The notes under the pieces are model-generated. The model had not been told where the DNA came from. It did not search any database and saw only the letters and a program-made list of their open reading frames with translations. A stretch of 64,000 nt of DNA. Source: Rubrivivax sp. (GTDB lineage Bacteria > Pseudomonadota > Gammaproteobacteria > Burkholderiales > Burkholderiaceae_C). Both the position numbers and the translations under genes were made by a program. Positions within the stretch are counted from its first letter, which is position 1. Every line of letters begins with the position of its first letter. Location: the NCBI GenBank assembly GCA_035438245.1, contig DAORHX010000001.1, positions 6,606-70,605 on the forward strand. Reading direction: 5' to 3'. Positions 59,645 to 64,000 of this stretch are shown piece by piece.

Positions 59645-60448
59645 ATGACCATGGACAACCAGGCTGTTCGACTCGAGATGAAGGGCGCGCTGGCGCTCGT
59701 CACGCTGACCCAGGCCGCAAGAGGCAACCCCTTCGACGGCGACTTCACGCGCGATTTCAAGCGCGTGGCGGCCGAGCTGTGGGACCATCAGGAGGCGGGG
59801 CGTTTGCGCGCTGTCCTGTTGCAGGCAGAGGGCGCCAATTTCAGCTACGGCGGCGACCTGAAGAGTTTCTATCCGGTTCGCGACAAGCTCGGTTCGCTGG
59901 TGCGCGAGTGGACCGGAAGCCTTCATATGGGGCTGCAACGATTCTGGCAATTGCCGGTGCCGGTAGTGTGTGCGGTGCAGGGTTTTGCGATGGGCGGCGG
60001 CGTGGCTCTGCTGGCTGGTGCGGACGTGGTGCTCGCCGGTGAAACCGCGCGCTTCGGCTCAGCCTTCGCGCAACTGGGCTTCAGCTGCGACTCGGGTTCG
60101 AGCCTGACGCTCACCGCGCGCATGGGCCCGGCTCGCGCCAAGCGCTTCGTACTGCTGGCCGAGGTGTTGAGCAGTGCCGACGCGCTGCAGGCCGGGCTGG
60201 CCGACCGCGTGGTATCTGATGAGCGGCTGCAGGAAGAGGCCGCGGCGCTCGCGCAGCGGCTGGCCGAGGGACCGACGATGGCCTACGGAGAGATCAAGCG
60301 CCTGTTCCTTGCCGCCGGGGGCGCCCAACTCACGGCCCAGCTCGAGGACGAGGCGCTGACGCTGGCGCGCGTGGCGGGCAGTGCCGATGCGCAGGAGGGC
60401 ATCAGCGCGATGGTTGAGCGGCGCAAGCCCGTGTTCAAGGGCGCGTGA
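59645..60448 (+). CDS. Enoyl-CoA hydratase/isomerase (PaaG-like)
   Basis: FSYGGDL, AMGGGVAL, GFSCDSG, RKPVFKG. Confidence 0.88.
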   Translation: MTMDNQAVRLEMKGALALVTLTQAARGNPFDGDFTRDFKRVAAELWDHQEAGRLRAVLLQAEGANFSYGGDLKSFYPVRDKLGSLVREWTGSLHMGLQRFWQLPVPVVCAVQGFAMGGGVALLAGADVVLAGETARFGSAFAQLGFSCDSGSSLTLTARMGPARAKRFVLLAEVLSSADALQAGLADRVVSDERLQEEAAALAQRLAEGPTMAYGEIKRLFLAAGGAQLTAQLEDEALTLARVAGSADAQEGISAMVERRKPVFKGA

Positions 60449-61212
60449 TGCCGGAGGCCTACGAAACCTTGCTCGTCGAGCGCAGCCCCGATGGCTTTGC
60501 GACCGTCGCCTTCAATCGGCCGGAAAAGCTGAACACGTTGTCGATCGCGCTGCGTCGCGAGCTGGTGCAGGCGATATCCGAACTGGAGGCCGATCCGGCG
60601 ATCCGCGTGCTGATCCTCACCGGCACGGGGCGGGCCTTCACCGCTGGGCTCGACCTCGACGAATGGAGCGTGGCGCCGGCGGCGGCCGCCTGGGAACTCG
60701 ATGCAGTGGCTGCGCTGCGGCAGTTCAGCGGCCCGGTCATCGGCGCGATCAACGGCCTGGCGATCACCGGCGGCGTCGAGATCGCATTGGCCTGTGACCT
60801 GTTGATCGCGTCCAGCGACGCGCGCTTCGCCGATACGCACGCCAAGGTCGGCCTACTGCCGGGCTGGGGCGGGTCGGTGCGCTTGCAGCAGCGTCTGGGA
60901 CCACACCGCGCCAAGGAACTCGCGCTGACCGGCCGCTTCTTCAGCGCCGAAGAAGCGCTGTCCTGGGGTTTCGTCAACCGCGTGGTGCCGCCCGAGCGAC
61001 TGCGCGCGGAAGCCGAGGCGCTGGCGCGCGAGATGCTGGCCAATGTGCCCGAAGGGCTGGTGGCCTACAAGCGGCTGCTCGATGCCGAAGCCGGGCTGAC
61101 ATTGACCGAGGCCTTACAGCTCGAACGCACCACCGCCCAGGCCGCGAACCTGGCGGTCACGCGCGAGGAGATCGACGCGCGACTGGCGCGTTTGCGCCGG
61201 CAGGCGCGCTGA
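60445..61212 (+). CDS. Enoyl-CoA hydratase family protein
   Basis: FNRPEKLNTL, FTAGLDL, AITGGVEIALACD, ADTHAKVGLLPGWG. Confidence 0.88.
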   Translation: MMPEAYETLLVERSPDGFATVAFNRPEKLNTLSIALRRELVQAISELEADPAIRVLILTGTGRAFTAGLDLDEWSVAPAAAAWELDAVAALRQFSGPVIGAINGLAITGGVEIALACDLLIASSDARFADTHAKVGLLPGWGGSVRLQQRLGPHRAKELALTGRFFSAEEALSWGFVNRVVPPERLRAEAEALAREMLANVPEGLVAYKRLLDAEAGLTLTEALQLERTTAQAANLAVTREEIDARLARLRRQAR

Positions 61213-61231
61213 GCAGTCCCGCGGCGCGTCC

Positions 61232-62419
61232 TCAGCCCATCTTGCATTCAGCACTCGGCGGCAGCGTGATCCGGGCCGCCGGCTCTACCGAGCGCAACAC
61301 GATCTCGCCCTTCCCGGGTGCTGCCTTCACGGCCTGCACGACGACCATCGGCCGCACCAGCTGGTGGTCGGCAGCGCGCATCTCCACGGGCCCGACGATC
61401 GTGTCCAGCGTCAGCCCGTTGAGTGCCGTGCGCACCGCCGCGACGTCGGCGGACTTGGCCTTCACAATCGCCTCGTGCACCAGCACGAAGGCCAGGTAGG
61501 CATCGGCCGCCAGGTAGCTGGGTTTGCGGTTGAAGCGGCTCTCGAAGGCCTTGACGAACTCGGCATTGGCCTCGCCGGGCAGCTGCCAGAAGTAGCTCTG
61601 CGAGGACCACACGCCGGCAGTGGTGTCCCCCTGGCCGGCGATCAGGATCTCGTTGACCATCGACGCGCTCATCACCAGCTTGTACTTGTCGAACAGGCCG
61701 AAAGGCGCCTGCTGCTTGGCCAGCGCGATGCCCGCCGAGCCGGGCATGTACATAACCAACGAGTCGGCCGGCTTGGCCTGCAGCTGCGCGATCTGGCCGC
61801 CGAAGTCGGTGGTGTTCAGCGGGGCGAAGATCTCCTTGCCGATCGATCCACCGAAGCTCGGCAACACACCGACGAAGCGCTTGGTGGCGTCGCGCGCCGC
61901 GGCGATGTCGGCCATCAGCAGGTCGAAGCTCTTGGCGCCGTTGCGCTGCGCCAGTTCGCGCCAGACCTGGACCTGGCTCGAATCGCTGATGCCGACGCGA
62001 AAGTAATTGGCGGCGCAGTTCTTGCCCGTCAGGTCGTCACTGGCTGCGGTCGCATCCAGGTACAGCGCGTCCAGATCGGCGAGCTTTGCACTCACCGCCA
62101 GTGAGTTGCCCGAGGGGCTGATCCCGGTGAAGAAGGACACTCCCTGCTGGCGCACCAGTTTGGTCGCGGCGGCAATGGCGCCTGCCGGTGGGCCGTCATG
62201 GCCCTGAATCACCAACTCGTACTTGCGCCCCAGCGCCCCGCCGCGGGCGTTGAGAGTCTCGACGGCCAACATGGCACCGTCGTTGATGGCGCCGGCGCTT
62301 ACCGCCAGCGGGCCGGCGTCGATCGTGATCACGCCGAGCTTGATCGTCTGCTGTGCAAGTGCGGCACCGTGCAGCGCACCAGCCAGGGCCAGCGCAGCCA
62401 GCATGCTCGTCTTCATCAT
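61232..62419 (-). CDS. Liv-type ABC substrate-binding protein (orphan paralog)
   Basis: Signal peptide; GGALGRKYEL, CAANYFRV, EMRAADHQL; similar to 51321-52514. Confidence 0.9.
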   Translation of the reverse strand: MMKTSMLAALALAGALHGAALAQQTIKLGVITIDAGPLAVSAGAINDGAMLAVETLNARGGALGRKYELVIQGHDGPPAGAIAAATKLVRQQGVSFFTGISPSGNSLAVSAKLADLDALYLDATAASDDLTGKNCAANYFRVGISDSSQVQVWRELAQRNGAKSFDLLMADIAAARDATKRFVGVLPSFGGSIGKEIFAPLNTTDFGGQIAQLQAKPADSLVMYMPGSAGIALAKQQAPFGLFDKYKLVMSASMVNEILIAGQGDTTAGVWSSQSYFWQLPGEANAEFVKAFESRFNRKPSYLAADAYLAFVLVHEAIVKAKSADVAAVRTALNGLTLDTIVGPVEMRAADHQLVRPMVVVQAVKAAPGKGEIVLRSVEPAARITLPPSAECKMG

Positions 62420-62437
62420 GGTTTCACTCTCCTGTGT

Positions 62438-63997
62438 TCAACTGATCTTGCGATCGCGGCCCGCCCAGTACGGGTCGCGCAGCACGTTCTTGCGCACCTT
62501 GCCCACGGGTGTAACCGGCAGCGGGTCCGCACGGAACTCGTAGCTGCGCGGCACCTTGTAGCCTCCGATGTGCCGGCGGCAATGCGCGTCGAGTTCGGCC
62601 TCGGTCACGTTCATGCCGTCCTTCGGCACGACCACAGCGTGCACGCTCTCTCCCCACTGAGCGCTCGGGATGCCGATCACCGCGGCTTCGCGCACGGCGG
62701 GGTGCAGGAACAGCACGCGCTCGACCTCGATCGAATAGACGTTCTCGCCGCCGCTGACGATCATGTCCTTGATGCGGTCGGCGACGTAGAGAAATCCGTC
62801 CTCGTCCATCGTGCCGGCGTCGCCGGTGTGCATCCAGCCGTCTTTCAGCACTGCGGCTGTCGCCGCCGGGTTGTTGAAGTAGCCGTTCATCAGCATGTCG
62901 CTGCGCACGACGATTTCGCCCAGCGTGTCCGGCGGCGCCTCCCGGCCATTGGGCAGCAGGATCCGGATCTCGTTGCCCGGCGCCGGTTGCCCGGCCGAGC
63001 GCAGGCGCCTGGCCTTCGGGCCACTGGTCAGGTGGTCGCGCCAGCGCAGGATGGTGGCGAAGCCGCCGGTTTCGGTCATGCCGAAGACCTGGAAGAAGCG
63101 CCAGGAGGGGAGCTTCTGCATCGCTTCGGTGATCAGCGCTTCGGGCATCGGGCTGCCGCCGTAGACGCAGGTGCGCAGGCTCGACAGGTCGTAGCGCTCG
63201 AAGTCAGGATGCCGGATCAGCATGTTGATCATCGTCGGCACCAGCACCGCGTTGGTGGCCTTGTGCTCTGAAATCGCCTGCATCACCGCCACCGGGTCGA
63301 ACTTCGGCAGCGGGATGTGCGTCCCCCCGGCCAGCGTGATGTAGAGCAGGGCGCTGGCACCGGCAAAGTGGAAGTAGCCGGCGACGTAGACGAAGCTCAG
63401 GTCCTCGATGTCGGGCAGCCAGGCCAGGTAGCCCAGCGTGGCGACGAACAGGCCGCGGTGGCTCATCATCACGCCCTTGGGGTGTGCGGTGGTCCCGCCG
63501 GTGTAGAAAATCACCCAGAGGTCTTCGCCGCTGCGGCCGGCATCGGGCATCGGCTCATGGCTGGCGATCAGCGTCTCGTAGTCGAGCAGTCCTTCGGGGC
63601 AGGCCGCTTCGCCGATCCAGACCAGATGCTTGACCCAGTCGAGGCGGCGCCGCAGCTCCAAAGCCTGTTCGAGGAAGCTGTCATCGACGAACAGCACCGA
63701 GGATCTCGAATCCGTCAGCGCATAGATGTTCTCCTCGACCGACCAGCGGATGTTCAGCGGCGCGAAGGCACCGCCGGCCCAGGGCACCGCGAAGAAGAGC
63801 TCGATGTAGCGGTCGGAGTTCATCGCCAGCGCGGCGACGAACTTCCCGTCCTCGATGCCCAGCGCGCGCAGGGCCGCGGCCAGGCGCGGCACGCGCGCGC
63901 CGACCTCCTTCCAGCTGCGGCGGCGGCCATTGCAGATCGTGGCCGCGTGCTGCGGCTGGCAGGCGACGGCCTGGGTCAGAAAACGGGTGCCTTGCAT
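62438..63997 (-). CDS. Long-chain acyl-CoA synthetase (AMP-binding)
   Basis: FYTGGTTAHPKG, FGMTE, WMHTGD, DRIKDMIVSGGENVY, PVGKVRK. Confidence 0.93.
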   Translation of the reverse strand: MQGTRFLTQAVACQPQHAATICNGRRRSWKEVGARVPRLAAALRALGIEDGKFVAALAMNSDRYIELFFAVPWAGGAFAPLNIRWSVEENIYALTDSRSSVLFVDDSFLEQALELRRRLDWVKHLVWIGEAACPEGLLDYETLIASHEPMPDAGRSGEDLWVIFYTGGTTAHPKGVMMSHRGLFVATLGYLAWLPDIEDLSFVYVAGYFHFAGASALLYITLAGGTHIPLPKFDPVAVMQAISEHKATNAVLVPTMINMLIRHPDFERYDLSSLRTCVYGGSPMPEALITEAMQKLPSWRFFQVFGMTETGGFATILRWRDHLTSGPKARRLRSAGQPAPGNEIRILLPNGREAPPDTLGEIVVRSDMLMNGYFNNPAATAAVLKDGWMHTGDAGTMDEDGFLYVADRIKDMIVSGGENVYSIEVERVLFLHPAVREAAVIGIPSAQWGESVHAVVVPKDGMNVTEAELDAHCRRHIGGYKVPRSYEFRADPLPVTPVGKVRKNVLRDPYWAGRDRKIS

Positions 63998-64000
63998 ATT

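Noticed and set aside
1-64000. CRISPR array, tRNA/rRNA, cobalamin riboswitch, defence systems
   Set aside because: No regularly spaced repeats or recognisable RNA gene signatures seen; the gap before icmF is only 13 bp; no nuclease or defence domains recognised.

Overview
GC-rich betaproteobacterial (Burkholderiales-like, inferred from gene content) window with two parts. (1) 1-4.65 kb is a decayed mobile edge: an intact IS1380-family element (577-2224; 16-bp perfect terminal inverted repeats, 5-bp GTGAG target duplication), a small membrane protein, a tyrosine-recombinase C-terminal remnant and a DUF1173-type pseudogene with a premature stop and several frameshifts. (2) 4.67-64 kb is one continuous CoA-ester catabolism cluster of about 56 genes. 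It holds dispersed cyclohexanecarboxylate genes (aliA, aliB, badH, badI), B12-dependent IcmF with etfAB, 4 acyl-CoA dehydrogenases, 5 crotonase-fold and 5 hot-dog-fold proteins, 6 SDRs, a thiolase with an HMGS-like/DUF35 partner, a BKACE enzyme and an AMACR-like racemase. It also holds two LvaA/ACAD10-like kinases, Liv-type and Bug transport proteins, a tannase-family lipoprotein and a mycobacterial-style plsB-plsC/HAD-gpsA-WS/DGAT-lipase storage-lipid operon fused behind aliA. A 14-bp palindrome (consensus GTACRCTAGYGWAC) occurs nine times, at nearly every promoter region including that of the resident marR, which suggests the cluster is one MarR regulon. No rRNA, tRNA or CRISPR array was seen. 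All calls come from motif and family recognition by eye; no database search was run.
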